64,000 nucleotides of DNA, from NCBI GenBank assembly GCA_001796515.1, contig MGMS01000054.1, positions 19,481-83,480 of the forward strand, in the 5' to 3' direction. A program made the translations under genes and the position numbers. Position 1 is the first letter of the stretch; every line of letters begins with the position of its first letter. The stretch is from Chloroflexi bacterium RBG_13_51_36. GTDB taxonomy: Bacteria > Chloroflexota > Dehalococcoidia > GIF9 > AB-539-J10. The notes beneath the pieces were generated by a model. It was not told where the DNA came from. It was given only the letters and a program-made list of their open reading frames with translations, and did not search any database. Positions 19,221-27,651 of the stretch are shown here, in pieces.

Positions 19221-20492
19221 ATGGCTTTAGAGGACTACAGGGATGATTGTACGGACTGCAGCCGTTGCTCCTACTGCAAGTGGATCCCGCTTGACCACAT
19301 AAAAAGCGCCAAATTTGCCAGGGCCTGTCCCAGCATTGAGTACTGCGGTTTTCAAGCATACTCCCTGGCCGGCAGGTTATCCGTTGGCCTTTCTCTGCTC
19401 GAGGGTAGGATCGGCTACAACGATAATCTGAAAGATATTGTCTGGAAATGTCAGCTGGATGGGGCATGCGATGTCTCCGACAAGGTTTGTCGCTACAACA
19501 TCCGGGGCCTGGAGGTAATGCGTGAAATGCGCTTCAAGCTGGTTGAGGATGGACAGACGCTGCCCCAGCACAAGCCTTATATTGATAGCCTCCGCAAAGA
19601 AAAGAATATGATGATGAAACCCGGGGTGAACAGGGGCAAATGGGCTGATGGACTGGATGTAAAGAATCTGGCCGAGGACAAGGCTGCTGTGGTCTTTCAC
19701 GCCGGCTGTCGCTACAGCTATGATAGGGGATTGCAGAAGACGGCCAGGGCGGCTGTCACACTGCTCAGGAACGCCGGTGTGGATATCGGTATTATGGGTG
19801 AGGAAGAATCATGCTGCGGCGGAAGGGCTTACCAGTGGGGATACCGCAAAGATCTGAACGCATTTGCCCGAAAAAACGCCCAGGCATGGACCGATGCCGG
19901 GGTAAAGACGGTGGTCACGCCGTGTGCTGAGTGTTACTATACCTTCAAACGGCTTTATCCTGAAATAGGTTTCACCTTTGAGGTGGTTCATGTCTCTGAA
20001 TATATCGACCGCCTTATCAGGAAAGGCAAGATAAAACTGAGGAAGAATGTGCCCTTGACCGTTACCTATCATGACCCCTGCCATCTGGGCAGGCTGGGCG
20101 AGCCGTATGTGCCCTGGCAGGGCACCAAACAGAAAATATACGGGCAGATTCCGGTGTGGAAACCGAGCAGACCCAGGTATACCGGTGCCCGTGGAGTATA
20201 CGATGCCCCAAGGAACGTCCTGAAGAGCATACCGGGCCTGACGCTGGTAGAAATGGAAAGAATCAGAGAATATGCCTGGTGCTGTGGCGTCGGCGGCGGG
20301 GTGCTGGAAGCATACCCGGAGTTTGCCGCTTGGACTGCTTCAGAAAGGCTTGCCGAAGCAAAGGCCACCGGCGCAGAGGCGATAGTCAGCGCCTGCCCGT
20401 GGTGCGAAAATAACTTTGCCGATACGGTCAAAACCCAGGACGAAAGAATTAAGGTCTATGATGTCATAGACCTTATCCACATGGCGCTATAA
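19221..20492 (+). CDS. Fe-S oxidoreductase with 2x[4Fe-4S] motif and two CCG domains (GlcF/HdrD-like)
   Basis: Has CTDCSRCSYC..CP and CQLDGACDVSDKVC cluster motifs, plus CCG-type motifs ESCCGG and WCCGVGGG. Confidence 0.8.
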   Translation: MALEDYRDDCTDCSRCSYCKWIPLDHIKSAKFARACPSIEYCGFQAYSLAGRLSVGLSLLEGRIGYNDNLKDIVWKCQLDGACDVSDKVCRYNIRGLEVMREMRFKLVEDGQTLPQHKPYIDSLRKEKNMMMKPGVNRGKWADGLDVKNLAEDKAAVVFHAGCRYSYDRGLQKTARAAVTLLRNAGVDIGIMGEEESCCGGRAYQWGYRKDLNAFARKNAQAWTDAGVKTVVTPCAECYYTFKRLYPEIGFTFEVVHVSEYIDRLIRKGKIKLRKNVPLTVTYHDPCHLGRLGEPYVPWQGTKQKIYGQIPVWKPSRPRYTGARGVYDAPRNVLKSIPGLTLVEMERIREYAWCCGVGGGVLEAYPEFAAWTASERLAEAKATGAEAIVSACPWCENNFADTVKTQDERIKVYDVIDLIHMAL

Positions 20493-20511
20493 CAACGGAA
20501 GGGAGCAGAAA

Positions 20512-22137
20512 ATGGCATTATCAAGAGATGCGTACCGTGCTTTAGGAGATATAGTGGGCCCCGGATACATCTCGGAGGACCCCGCAGTAATGGACTCGTA
20601 CGCTTACCAGTGGCTCGCTGAGACTGTCCGTCCCAACCACAGCAAATTCATGCCCCGGCCGGAGGCAGCTTTATTGCCGGCCAGTACCAAAGAAGTCCAG
20701 GCGATAGTAAGAACGTGCAACAAATACAAGATAAAATTTAAAGCCTATTCCACGGGGTGGTATTTTTACGGCGCTCCCTTTAGTGAGGGCGTTATCCAGA
20801 TGGACATGCGTCGTATGGACCATATCGTCGAGATCGATGAGAAGAACATGGTCGCCGTGATAGAGCCGTATGTTATCGCCGGCGTGCTGCAGGCAGAGGT
20901 CATGAAGCGAGGGTTGAATTGCACTGTGACCGGCGCGGGCGCCAGCTGCTCTACCCTGGTCGGCGCTACCTGTTATCACGGAAGCGGCGGCACCTCGATT
21001 TACACCGGCGAGCTCAGGGAAAACCTGCTGGGGGCTGAGTGGGTCATGCCCAACGGTGAAATACTGAGAACGGGCTCTGTCGGTTCAGGGTGCGGCTGGT
21101 TCTGCGCCGAAGGCCCCGGCCCGAGCATGAGGGGTATCGTCAGAGGGGCGCTCGGAGCCAGGGGTGGTCTGGGTGTATATACCAAATGCGCGGTGAAGCT
21201 CTCTCCCTGGCCAGGCCCGACGGAGTTCCCAATTGAGGGTACCGTGCCCGCCTACCGCTCTCCGCTGCCCAAAAACTTCAGGGCCTATACTGTGGCCTTC
21301 AAGGACTGGGGTAGTTTATTCGAAGCCTATTACAGACTATATGACAACGAGATATGTTACTATGCGCATCGACAGTGGACCATGCTGGGTGCCGACCTGG
21401 GTCCAGCTTTTTGGATGCTCTACCAGGATCCCACCAAATCGCTTGATGACATCCAGGAGTTTGTGCGGAAGAGGGAGGTAAAAGAGCTCACTGAGGAAAT
21501 GAGGAGATCATTTCAGCTGGTACTGGTGGGCATGAGCCAGCGCGACATTGCTTACAAGGAGAAGGTGCTGGACCGGATACTGGAAGAAACGGGGGGCTGG
21601 AAAGTCAAGAAGTGGCTGGAGCCGGAAATGGAGCAGTTTTCGTTGTTGTACCTGCTCAGGCTGGGTAGAAAGAACTTGAATTTCGTCTATACCGGTGGTT
21701 GGGTAGGCAACTTCATGCAGTCCGGAACGCCAGATTTTGTGAAGAAATACGAACCGATCGCCGAGGATGCGACGGAAGAATATCAGGAAAAGGGACTACT
21801 GGTGGACTGCGGCAGCGATTCGATGATGGGGTGCGTCGGCTCCATTGGAGGCGGTGGCCAGTGCGGGCTGGAGCAATTCGGTTTCTATGACGTGGCCGAC
21901 AAGGCATCCACTGCTGCCGCCGTAGAGTGGATGAAGCACTGTATACAAGAAGAAGCCAGGCGCAATATCCCGCCCGGGAAAGAAGGCATGTACCTTGCTG
22001 TGGGTAAAACGCACGCAGAACTGCAGCGAGATCTGGCCAAGCAGCCGCTCACACACACCTGGCAGCGCAAGATCAAGCAGGCGTTAGACCCCAATAATCT
22101 CGGTGACCGGATGTACCCCACCCTTGACGAGAAGTAG
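20512..22137 (+). CDS. FAD-binding oxidoreductase (second GlcD/E-like subunit)
   Basis: 541 aa. LLPASTKEVQAIVRTCNKYKIKFKAYSTG is the FAD_binding_4-like region, and the C-terminal IKQALDPNNLGDRMYP is consistent. A GGGAG SD is present. Confidence 0.7.
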   Translation: MALSRDAYRALGDIVGPGYISEDPAVMDSYAYQWLAETVRPNHSKFMPRPEAALLPASTKEVQAIVRTCNKYKIKFKAYSTGWYFYGAPFSEGVIQMDMRRMDHIVEIDEKNMVAVIEPYVIAGVLQAEVMKRGLNCTVTGAGASCSTLVGATCYHGSGGTSIYTGELRENLLGAEWVMPNGEILRTGSVGSGCGWFCAEGPGPSMRGIVRGALGARGGLGVYTKCAVKLSPWPGPTEFPIEGTVPAYRSPLPKNFRAYTVAFKDWGSLFEAYYRLYDNEICYYAHRQWTMLGADLGPAFWMLYQDPTKSLDDIQEFVRKREVKELTEEMRRSFQLVLVGMSQRDIAYKEKVLDRILEETGGWKVKKWLEPEMEQFSLLYLLRLGRKNLNFVYTGGWVGNFMQSGTPDFVKKYEPIAEDATEEYQEKGLLVDCGSDSMMGCVGSIGGGGQCGLEQFGFYDVADKASTAAAVEWMKHCIQEEARRNIPPGKEGMYLAVGKTHAELQRDLAKQPLTHTWQRKIKQALDPNNLGDRMYPTLDEK

Positions 22138-22446
22138 GATAACGCAGACGAATTCTCTGCCTCCGCAAAATCGCGGCTAATCAGGGCGACAGAGAGAATT
22201 CCCCTCATTTTCCGCGTACGAATTTCGTTGAGACCGGTCTGATTTGGTCTCAGCATTCGCTCGTTTCCGTATTCGCGAACGTGTTGCACACCGGCTCGAT
22301 AACACGCGTTGACGCTTGATAGTGCCAACAGACATGATGGCCCGGAGAGCACAGAACACCGGCAGCTTCAGTGCCACCTTGCAGGATATCGTGGTTCAGA
22401 ATCTCGAAATACGTGTCGGGCGCGCAAGTCACGCCAGTTGTATTTT

Positions 22447-22455
22447 TGATATAAT
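22447..22455 (+). promoter_or_regulatory. extended -10 promoter (TGATATAAT) for the tRNA cluster
   Basis: TGnTATAAT lies about 12 nt upstream of tRNA-Trp position 1. No good -35 is visible. Confidence 0.4.
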
Positions 22456-22466
22456 GACGCCAGCTC

Positions 22467-22544
22467 AGGGGCGTAGCTCAGTTTGGCTAGAGCAGCGGTC
22501 TCCAAAACCGCAGGTCGCGGGTTCGAGTCCTGCCGCCCCTGCCA
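22467..22544 (+). tRNA. tRNA-Trp (CCA)
   Basis: Cloverleaf folded by eye. Acceptor AGGGGCG/CGCCCCT, anticodon stem GCGGT/ACCGC with loop CTCCAAA, and a GGTTCGAGTCC T-arm. The 3' CCA is encoded. Confidence 0.9.
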
Positions 22545-22545
22545 G

Positions 22546-22632
22546 GCCGAGGTGGTGGAATAGGCAGACACGCCATCTTGAGGGGGTGGTGGGCGAAAGC
22601 CCGTGGGAGTTCAAATCTCCCCCTCGGCACCA
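22546..22632 (+). tRNA. tRNA-Leu (GAG)
   Basis: Acceptor GCCGAGG/CCTCGGC, anticodon stem CCATC/GGTGG with loop TTGAGGG, a long variable arm, and an encoded CCA. Confidence 0.85.
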
Positions 22633-22783
22633 TCGTTAATCCCTCGCATGGAAATTGCGCAGGTGTCGTAGAAACTCTCTCCTCTTCAAACCAAAGCGCT
22701 AGGAGATGCCCGGAAAACCTTGCGACTTGGCGCAGTGCGATTTGCTTGCCAGAACCATAAAAAGACGGTAAAATCTGTTTAGT

Positions 22784-22858
22784 GCGGAAGTAGTTCAGCG
22801 GTAGAACGCCTCCTTGCCAAGGAGGAGGTCGCGGGTTCGAACCCCGTCTTCCGCTCCA
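22784..22858 (+). tRNA. tRNA-Gly (GCC)
   Basis: Acceptor GCGGAAG/CTTCCGC, anticodon stem CCTCC/GGAGG with loop TTGCCAA, and an encoded CCA. Confidence 0.9.
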
Positions 22859-22875
22859 GTAAACATACTCTATAT

Positions 22876-22948
22876 GGCGGTGTAGCCAAGAGGTTAAGGC
22901 AGGGGTCTGCAAAACCCCGATGCGGCGGTTCGAATCCGCCCGCCGCCT
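22876..22948 (+). tRNA. tRNA-Cys (GCA)
   Basis: Acceptor GGCGGTG/CGCCGCC, anticodon stem GGGGT/ACCCC with loop CTGCAAA. CCA is not encoded. Confidence 0.9.
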
Positions 22949-22968
22949 CTCTTCCCAGCAGTTCCCAC

Positions 22969-23051
22969 GCCGAGGTGGCGGAATGGTAGACGCGGCGGAC
23001 TTAAAATCCGCTTCCCGCAAGGGAGTGTGGGTTCGAGTCCCTCCCTCGGCA
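22969..23051 (+). tRNA. tRNA-Leu (TAA)
   Basis: Acceptor GCCGAGG/CCTCGGC, anticodon stem GCGGA/TCCGC with loop CTTAAAA, and a long variable arm. CCA is not encoded. Confidence 0.9.
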
Positions 23052-23248
23052 GTAAACGTCTCCTGGTCACTTGACACTCAGCTCGACATCCTGAAGCCGG
23101 AGTTGTGTGGCAATCTGTGATCAGTAGGGGCCTGGCGCCGTCGGCTTGACATAAATGTGGCACACCGACAGGCAGTTGTTCAGCTTTCTGTGACTTTGGC
23201 CAAATCAGTTAGGTTTGATACAATAGCTGTGTAGCTTCGGATTAAACT

Positions 23249-23836
23249 ATGTCTGCCACTCAGATAATCAGACAAAAGGTCTTCATTCGGAATCTTGTAG
23301 TGGCGGCCGGCATATTCCTTGCGGGTCTCATATTAGGTACGCTTATTGGTCAAAACACCATTGAAGGGCTTATCAACCAGCTCGGTGGTCTGCTGGAGCC
23401 GCTGACACCGACTGGTAACCTATCTGTCCTGTTGCTTCTGCTATTATTCATTAACAACGCAGTCAAGGCCCTCGGGCTAGTCGTATCAGGGATCCTTTTG
23501 GGAATACCACCTCTGTTTTTCCTGGGCGTAAACGGTTTCATCATTGGAGGCGTGGGCTCCATGCTTGAATCTGCCAGTGGATGGAGATATGCCGTGGCTA
23601 GCCTGGCACCGCATGGTGTGATCGAAATTCCAATCATTTTGCTGGCGACTGCCCTCGGCCTCACGATAGGTGTGGAATCGATCAAGTGGCTAGTGCGAAG
23701 AGAGAGCCGGGTCAAACCACAACTGTCAGACTGCCTCAAGGTCTACCTGAGGTGGATTCTTCCCGGGCTTGCCGTTGCCGCCGTCATAGAAGTCTTTGTT
23801 ACGCCTCGACTGATAGGGCTGATCAGCGGCAATTAG
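23249..23836 (+). CDS. SpoIIM-family (DUF95-like) integral membrane protein
   Basis: 195 aa with several TM segments. The APHGVIEIPIILLA motif is typical of the stage II sporulation protein M family. Confidence 0.65.
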   Translation: MSATQIIRQKVFIRNLVVAAGIFLAGLILGTLIGQNTIEGLINQLGGLLEPLTPTGNLSVLLLLLLFINNAVKALGLVVSGILLGIPPLFFLGVNGFIIGGVGSMLESASGWRYAVASLAPHGVIEIPIILLATALGLTIGVESIKWLVRRESRVKPQLSDCLKVYLRWILPGLAVAAVIEVFVTPRLIGLISGN

Positions 23837-23997
23837 CCTGGCTTTCACTACCTCATTACAGGAACACTCAATGTTGCGCGGGGATCATGCGACGTCAGGC
23901 ACACATGGCGAAGACAGAAGACGTGTGATTGCGTCCCCGCAACCTGCAATTGACAAATTCACAGCCTGGAACAATAATAACCTTTAAGAAGGTAAAT

Positions 23998-24174
23998 ATG
24001 GTGAAGAAGATAACATTCTACGACAAGACAGAGGCGATACAATATCAACTGAAAATGAGAGGGCTGGGTTATATCGCAAAAATAATCCCTCGGCAGGACA
24101 AATATGAAGTCATCGTGGCTGAGGACGCTCCCGACCAGGAGAACGAACCTGCAGGTCGGAGCAACTCTGACTGA
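23998..24174 (+). CDS. hypothetical small protein
   Basis: 58-aa ORF from an internal ATG with a weak AAGAAGG upstream. No family recognised. Confidence 0.25.
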   Translation: MVKKITFYDKTEAIQYQLKMRGLGYIAKIIPRQDKYEVIVAEDAPDQENEPAGRSNSD

Positions 24175-24293
24175 TGTCTGGAACCCACTTCCCTCACGGG
24201 ACTGTGGATTCGACTCCCTCCCCCAGCAGCAAACCCACCCGCACGGGAACTCCAAGGTCAAGACTTCCGGGTTGGGGCTTTAGTATTCTCCCC

Positions 24294-24376
24294 GTATCAT
24301 GGCGAGGCAGGACGACGCCAAAGCAATCCGGGTATGGCCGATGCTGATATAGATTGCCGCGCTTCGCTCAAAATTA
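24294..24376. repeat. family A repeat, inverted pair
   Basis: gtatcatggcgaggcaggacgacgccaaagcaatcc faces agattgccgcgcttcgctcaaaatta. This is a degenerate version of the GTCATTGCGAG...GCAATC / GAGATTGC...CTCGCAATGAC units found elsewhere. Confidence 0.45.
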
Positions 24377-24457
24377 AGGGGAGGGAAAGGCTCAGCGCGA
24401 GTCGACGTGGAGAGGCACCGAGACCCAAGAGTTCACATACATAGTACATTTCACTTA

Positions 24458-24486
24458 TTGACTTGCACTATGTTGCGAATTATACT
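24458..24486 (+). promoter_or_regulatory. sigma-70-type promoter TTGACT-N17-TATACT
   Basis: Near-consensus hexamers with 17-nt spacing lie about 30 nt upstream of the ATG at 24516, which itself has a GGAGG SD. Confidence 0.6.
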
Positions 24487-24515
24487 CTCTCTAAGTACGC
24501 GAACGGAGGCAAGGC

Positions 24516-25877
24516 ATGACAGAAGTAAATAAGGGACCAGAGGCAAAAACGGACCCCAAACCCGTGACCGGCCTTGTGGATAGCGAGATAGCGCTGAAAT
24601 TGATAGCCGAAATGCTGGCCGGGAGGATTGTCAGCATTAAACCGCAGTATGATTTCACCACTGAGTTGGGGTACATCTACCCGGCCGTCGAGCAGACCTT
24701 GAACGTCAAAGCCAAAGAAGCCATGGCAATCATGGAATCCCTGGCTGCCAGGAATATCCTGAGCAAGAGCTTCTTCGACAGGCTGATCCGTTGTCCCCGG
24801 TGCCAATCTGTGAATCTTAGGCCAAGCGCCCACTGCCCTAAATGTGGCTCAGGACATATTGCGCGCGGCCGAATCCTAGAGCACTTCGCCTGCAGGTATA
24901 TCGGTGTTGAAGACGAATTCACAGCTAAGGGCAAATACATATGTCCCCGGTGCAAAATGGAGCTGCGGACTATAGGTGCCGACTACCGGAGCCAGGGAGT
25001 CCTATACAAATGCCGCGATTGCAGCGAGGTATTCAATGTGCCGTTTCTGAAGTGGCGCTGTTTGAAATGTTCCTCTCTTGTCGGCGAGGACGAGGTCGGC
25101 GAGGTAATTATCTACGCATATAGCTTCGATGAATCGAAGAGAAACTGGCTGGAATTCGAACTTCAGCCCAAAGTACGGTTCGTTGAATTTTTGAAACAGC
25201 ACGGCTACAAGGTAACAGAGAACGCGCAAGTGAAGGGAAGGTCAGGGGCGGAGCATATTGTGGATATTCTGGCCACCAGGGACGACGGCGTCGTTACTCA
25301 TACTGTCGCTATCGGGATTGAGATTGCCAGGGATAGGATAGGACTGGACAGGGTACTCGACTTCGATGTCAAAGCCTATGATAGCGGAATCCACGACAAA
25401 ATACTGGTTGTTATCCCTGAACTGGGCGAAGAGGCGAGAAAATTCGCCACCTACCAGAGGATAAAGGTGCTGGAGCCCAAAGACATGGAGATATTGCTGG
25501 CGGGCAAGGCCCAGCCAGGCCCGGAACGAGTGAAGGAACCCTTTGAATTCAAGTCCAGATCAGAGCTTATGCAATACCTGGAGAAACAGGGCTACAAAGT
25601 AAAGGAAAACGCTGAAGTCAAGGGCCGGTCCGGCGCTCTTCATAGTATAGACATACTGGCTACCAAGGACGAAGGCATTATCACTCATCGTATTGCCATC
25701 GGCGTCAGGAAAGACGAGAAACCCATGGGACTGGACAGGGTATTTGACTTCGATGATAAGGCCTATGATTCCGGCATTCTGGACAAGGTCTTTGTTGTTG
25801 CCCCCGGGCTCACCAAGGAAGCCATGCAGTTTGCCAGGCGGCAGGGAATAAAGGTCTTCGAGGTCAAGGAACTGTAG
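24516..25877 (+). CDS. multi-Zn-ribbon protein with two C-terminal copies of a ~100-aa Hjc/Mrr-like module (shared with PilB N-terminus)
   Basis: 453 aa. The centre carries four CxxC pairs: CPRC..CPKC, CPRC, CRDC, CLKC. The C-terminal half is an internal duplication: FLKQHGYKVTENAQVKGRSGAEHIVDILATRDDG... and YLEKQGYKVKENAEVKGRSGALHSIDILATKDEG... Confidence 0.8.
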   Translation: MTEVNKGPEAKTDPKPVTGLVDSEIALKLIAEMLAGRIVSIKPQYDFTTELGYIYPAVEQTLNVKAKEAMAIMESLAARNILSKSFFDRLIRCPRCQSVNLRPSAHCPKCGSGHIARGRILEHFACRYIGVEDEFTAKGKYICPRCKMELRTIGADYRSQGVLYKCRDCSEVFNVPFLKWRCLKCSSLVGEDEVGEVIIYAYSFDESKRNWLEFELQPKVRFVEFLKQHGYKVTENAQVKGRSGAEHIVDILATRDDGVVTHTVAIGIEIARDRIGLDRVLDFDVKAYDSGIHDKILVVIPELGEEARKFATYQRIKVLEPKDMEILLAGKAQPGPERVKEPFEFKSRSELMQYLEKQGYKVKENAEVKGRSGALHSIDILATKDEGIITHRIAIGVRKDEKPMGLDRVFDFDDKAYDSGILDKVFVVAPGLTKEAMQFARRQGIKVFEVKEL

Positions 25878-25932
25878 CCCGACGACCTGGGAGAATGTCG
25901 AATCCTAATCTCCCAACAATGGGAAATTACAG

Positions 25933-25975
25933 AGCTCAAATGCCAAATTAAGCCCAAAGTTCAAATGACAAAAAG
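25933..25975. repeat. left arm of the four-helix-bundle gene cassette (family C)
   Basis: agctcaaatgccaaattaagcccaaagttcaaatgacaaaaagg closely matches the reverse complement of 3010-3064. Confidence 0.6.
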
Positions 25976-26314
25976 GAATGCGATCTTGAAGAGCGAACTG
26001 CACGGTTTGGTGAAGGAGTCATTGAACTTGTAAAGAATCTCGCTCAAGGCCCAATCAACGCCCCGCTTATCAGCCAAACAGTGAGAGCGGCAACCAGTAT
26101 CGGGGCAAACTACATGGAAGCCGATGGGGCCCAATCCAAGAGAGACTTCCAGCGTAAGATTTCTATCTGCAAAAAAGAAGCGAAGGAAACAAAGCATTGG
26201 CTCAGAATGATCGCCAAGGCAAACCCCGACAGGCGAGACGATTGCCAGAAGTTATCGAAGGAAGCCCAAGAGCTTACTTTGATATTCTCTTCGATTCTCT
26301 TATCTAAGAAGTAG
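25965..26314 (+). pseudogene. four-helix-bundle protein gene (23S rRNA IVS protein / Avd-like family) with apparent -1 frameshift in an A5 run
   Basis: The frame opening at 25952 encodes ...KKECDLEERTARFGEGVIELVKNL...RAATSIGANYMEADGAQSKRDFQRKISICKKEAKETKHWL, the family signature, but has no in-frame start before a GTG at 26081. The ATG at 25965 is out of frame by one nucleotide. Adding one A to the run 25970-25974 would give MTKKECDLEERT... Confidence 0.6.
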
Positions 26315-26378
26315 CGTCACGTCAGTATCTAAAGCGGCCGCCAAGGATCGACAGGCACGGCGTTTTGCTTTCCCCTGT

Positions 26379-26470
26379 AATTTGAACTTTGATATTCCGA
26401 CGTGATTTGTCATTTGGCCTTTGGCATTTGGGCTTGACTTGTCATTTGGATTTTGACATTCGGATTTGGA
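26379..26470. repeat. right arm of the four-helix-bundle gene cassette (family C, opposite polarity)
   Basis: aatttgaactttgatattccgacgtgatttgtcatttggcctttggcatttgggcttgacttgtcatttggattttgacattcggatttgg. Its reverse complement resembles 2767-2825. Confidence 0.6.
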
Positions 26471-26513
26471 CGAGCGAACTCAGGGGAAGAAAGCTGATGT
26501 GGCTCATACCATT

Positions 26514-26538
26514 TTCCTATTACTGATGGGTGATTGAC
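26514..26538 (+). promoter_or_regulatory. 25-nt box TTCCTATTACTGATGGGTGATTGAC upstream of pilin 1
   Basis: Identical to 27652-27676 upstream of pilin 2. It ends in a TTGAC(-35)-like element. Confidence 0.5.
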
Positions 26539-26561
26539 GGCTACGGAGAGTCGAGTATACT
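26534..26561 (+). promoter_or_regulatory. putative pilin-1 promoter TTGACG-N16-TATACT
   Basis: Hexamers read directly from the sequence. The -35 overlaps the conserved 25-nt box. Confidence 0.35.
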
Positions 26562-26708
26562 TAAGACTATTACATGAATTACTGGAGTTGAATCCAGAAA
26601 AAGCTTCAAGGAGGTGAAAGAAGAGAACTAGAAGTACAGTAACTATTGAATAGCTTAATACAGCTAAACTCAAAAGAATCTTAAGAAAGGAGGAAAGAAG
26701 GAAAAAGA

Positions 26709-27095
26709 ATGAAAATGATACATCGTGGACAAAAAGGGTTTACCTTGATCGAACTGCTGATCGTGGTGGCCATTCTCGGTATCATCGCCGCCGTGGTTAT
26801 CCCCAACATCGCTGGCTTCATGATAACCGGGCAACTGTCGGCAGCCAACACCGAGGCAGAGCAGGTGAAAACGGGAGCACTGGGTTACTTTGGTGAGTAT
26901 GGTTACTGGCCCGCTGATTCAAGCGTCCTGGTACCCAACTATGTTACAGGAGCGCCTAAGGCCACCTACACTCTCGACGCCGATGCCGGGTGGTTGATGG
27001 GTGTCACCAACAGCACCTGGACCGCCGACATCACGTTTGACCCGGGCGTAGCCGGCGTGACCGGGAGTCACGGAAAGTGGATAAGAACGCCATAA
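26709..27095 (+). CDS. type IV major pilin (prepilin N-terminal cleavage/methylation domain)
   Basis: The leader MKMIHRGQKG is followed by FTLIELLIVVAILGIIAAVVIP, the class III signal peptide. The protein is 128 aa. Confidence 0.9.
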   Translation: MKMIHRGQKGFTLIELLIVVAILGIIAAVVIPNIAGFMITGQLSAANTEAEQVKTGALGYFGEYGYWPADSSVLVPNYVTGAPKATYTLDADAGWLMGVTNSTWTADITFDPGVAGVTGSHGKWIRTP

Positions 27096-27125
27096 GGAAG
27101 AGGCCACTCAGGTGATTGGCAACAA

Positions 27126-27176
27126 CTTACCGGCGGAGCAGGTTAATGCCAGCTCCGCCGGTAAGTGTTTATATAT
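27126..27176 (+). terminator. rho-independent terminator after pilin 1
   Basis: A perfect 14-bp stem CTTACCGGCGGAGC/GCTCCGCCGGTAAG with a 12-nt loop is followed by tgtttatatatt. Confidence 0.65.
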
Positions 27177-27300
27177 TCGAGTAGTCGTGAGTCAGTAACC
27201 GCCAGTCAGCGAACAACAGTTAACATTCGGAGAAAAACAATTCAAAAGCTGACGACTGAAAGACAATAGCTTTGCAGGAAAACCCTAAATCTAATCTCTG

Positions 27301-27366
27301 AACAATGACAGGTCCAAAATCCAAATGGGGAAAGTAGCTAATTCTGGCATTTAAACATTTGGATTG
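27301..27366. repeat. family C mini inverted pair
   Basis: aacaatgacaggtccaaaatccaaatgggg ... ggcatttaaacatttggattg. Confidence 0.4.
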
Positions 27367-27463
27367 CGGCAACTCTTTCCAGGTTTCGTCCGTTCATCTT
27401 AAGGGTGGGGAGAGGACCACTAATCCGCGATTTGAAGCGGAGCGCTTTTGGAATTCAGCCAGG

Positions 27464-27624
27464 GGGATTGACACGCACCTTCCAGGTACTCGCGATGACA
27501 CCCACGTTATGTCGTTTCCAGAAGCGAGATTCTTCGCTTACGCTGGGAACAGGCTCCGCAATCCCGGTAGGGTTTGGTGAGAATGAGATTGCCGCGCCTC
27601 GACAAGTCGCGGCTCGTAACGACA
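27464..27624. repeat. cluster of three family A units
   Basis: The three units are gggattgacacgcaccttccaggtactcgcgatgaca, gagattcttcgcttacgctgggaacaggctccgcaatccc and gagattgccgcgcctcgacaagtcgcggctcgtaacgaca. Confidence 0.6.
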
Positions 27625-27651
27625 CCTTCGTTTGGTGAGGCCAATACTATA

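Noticed and set aside
124-22056. Numerous antisense or out-of-frame shadow ORFs inside well-supported genes, for example 124-483, 899-1339, 1336-1881, 3788-4306, 4389-5153, 5457-5972, 6861-7568, 11124-12035, 15442-16218 and 21885-22352.
   Set aside because: Each lies within, or opposite, a longer ORF with clear family motifs and a ribosome-binding site. Their peptides are compositionally biased (Arg/Ser/Pro-rich) and lack recognisable motifs.
22316-23163. Track ORFs overlapping the tRNA cluster: 22487-23077 minus strand (196 aa), 22316-22639, 22368-22571, 22578-22760, 22894-23163 and 22920-23120.
   Set aside because: They run straight through five well-folded tRNA genes. Their peptides show the SNPRP/GRFELPR-type strings typical of translated tRNA T-arms, so they are not coding.
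24180-24240. tRNA-like 3' fragment (..gggactgtggattcgactccctcccccagca..) downstream of the tRNA cluster. It could be an att-site remnant or a tmRNA end.
   Set aside because: Only a T-loop-like GGATTCGACTCC is recognisable. The T-stem pairs at 3 of 5 positions, no complementary 5' acceptor strand exists, and no integrase is nearby. It may be a decayed fragment, but it cannot be supported as a gene or att site.
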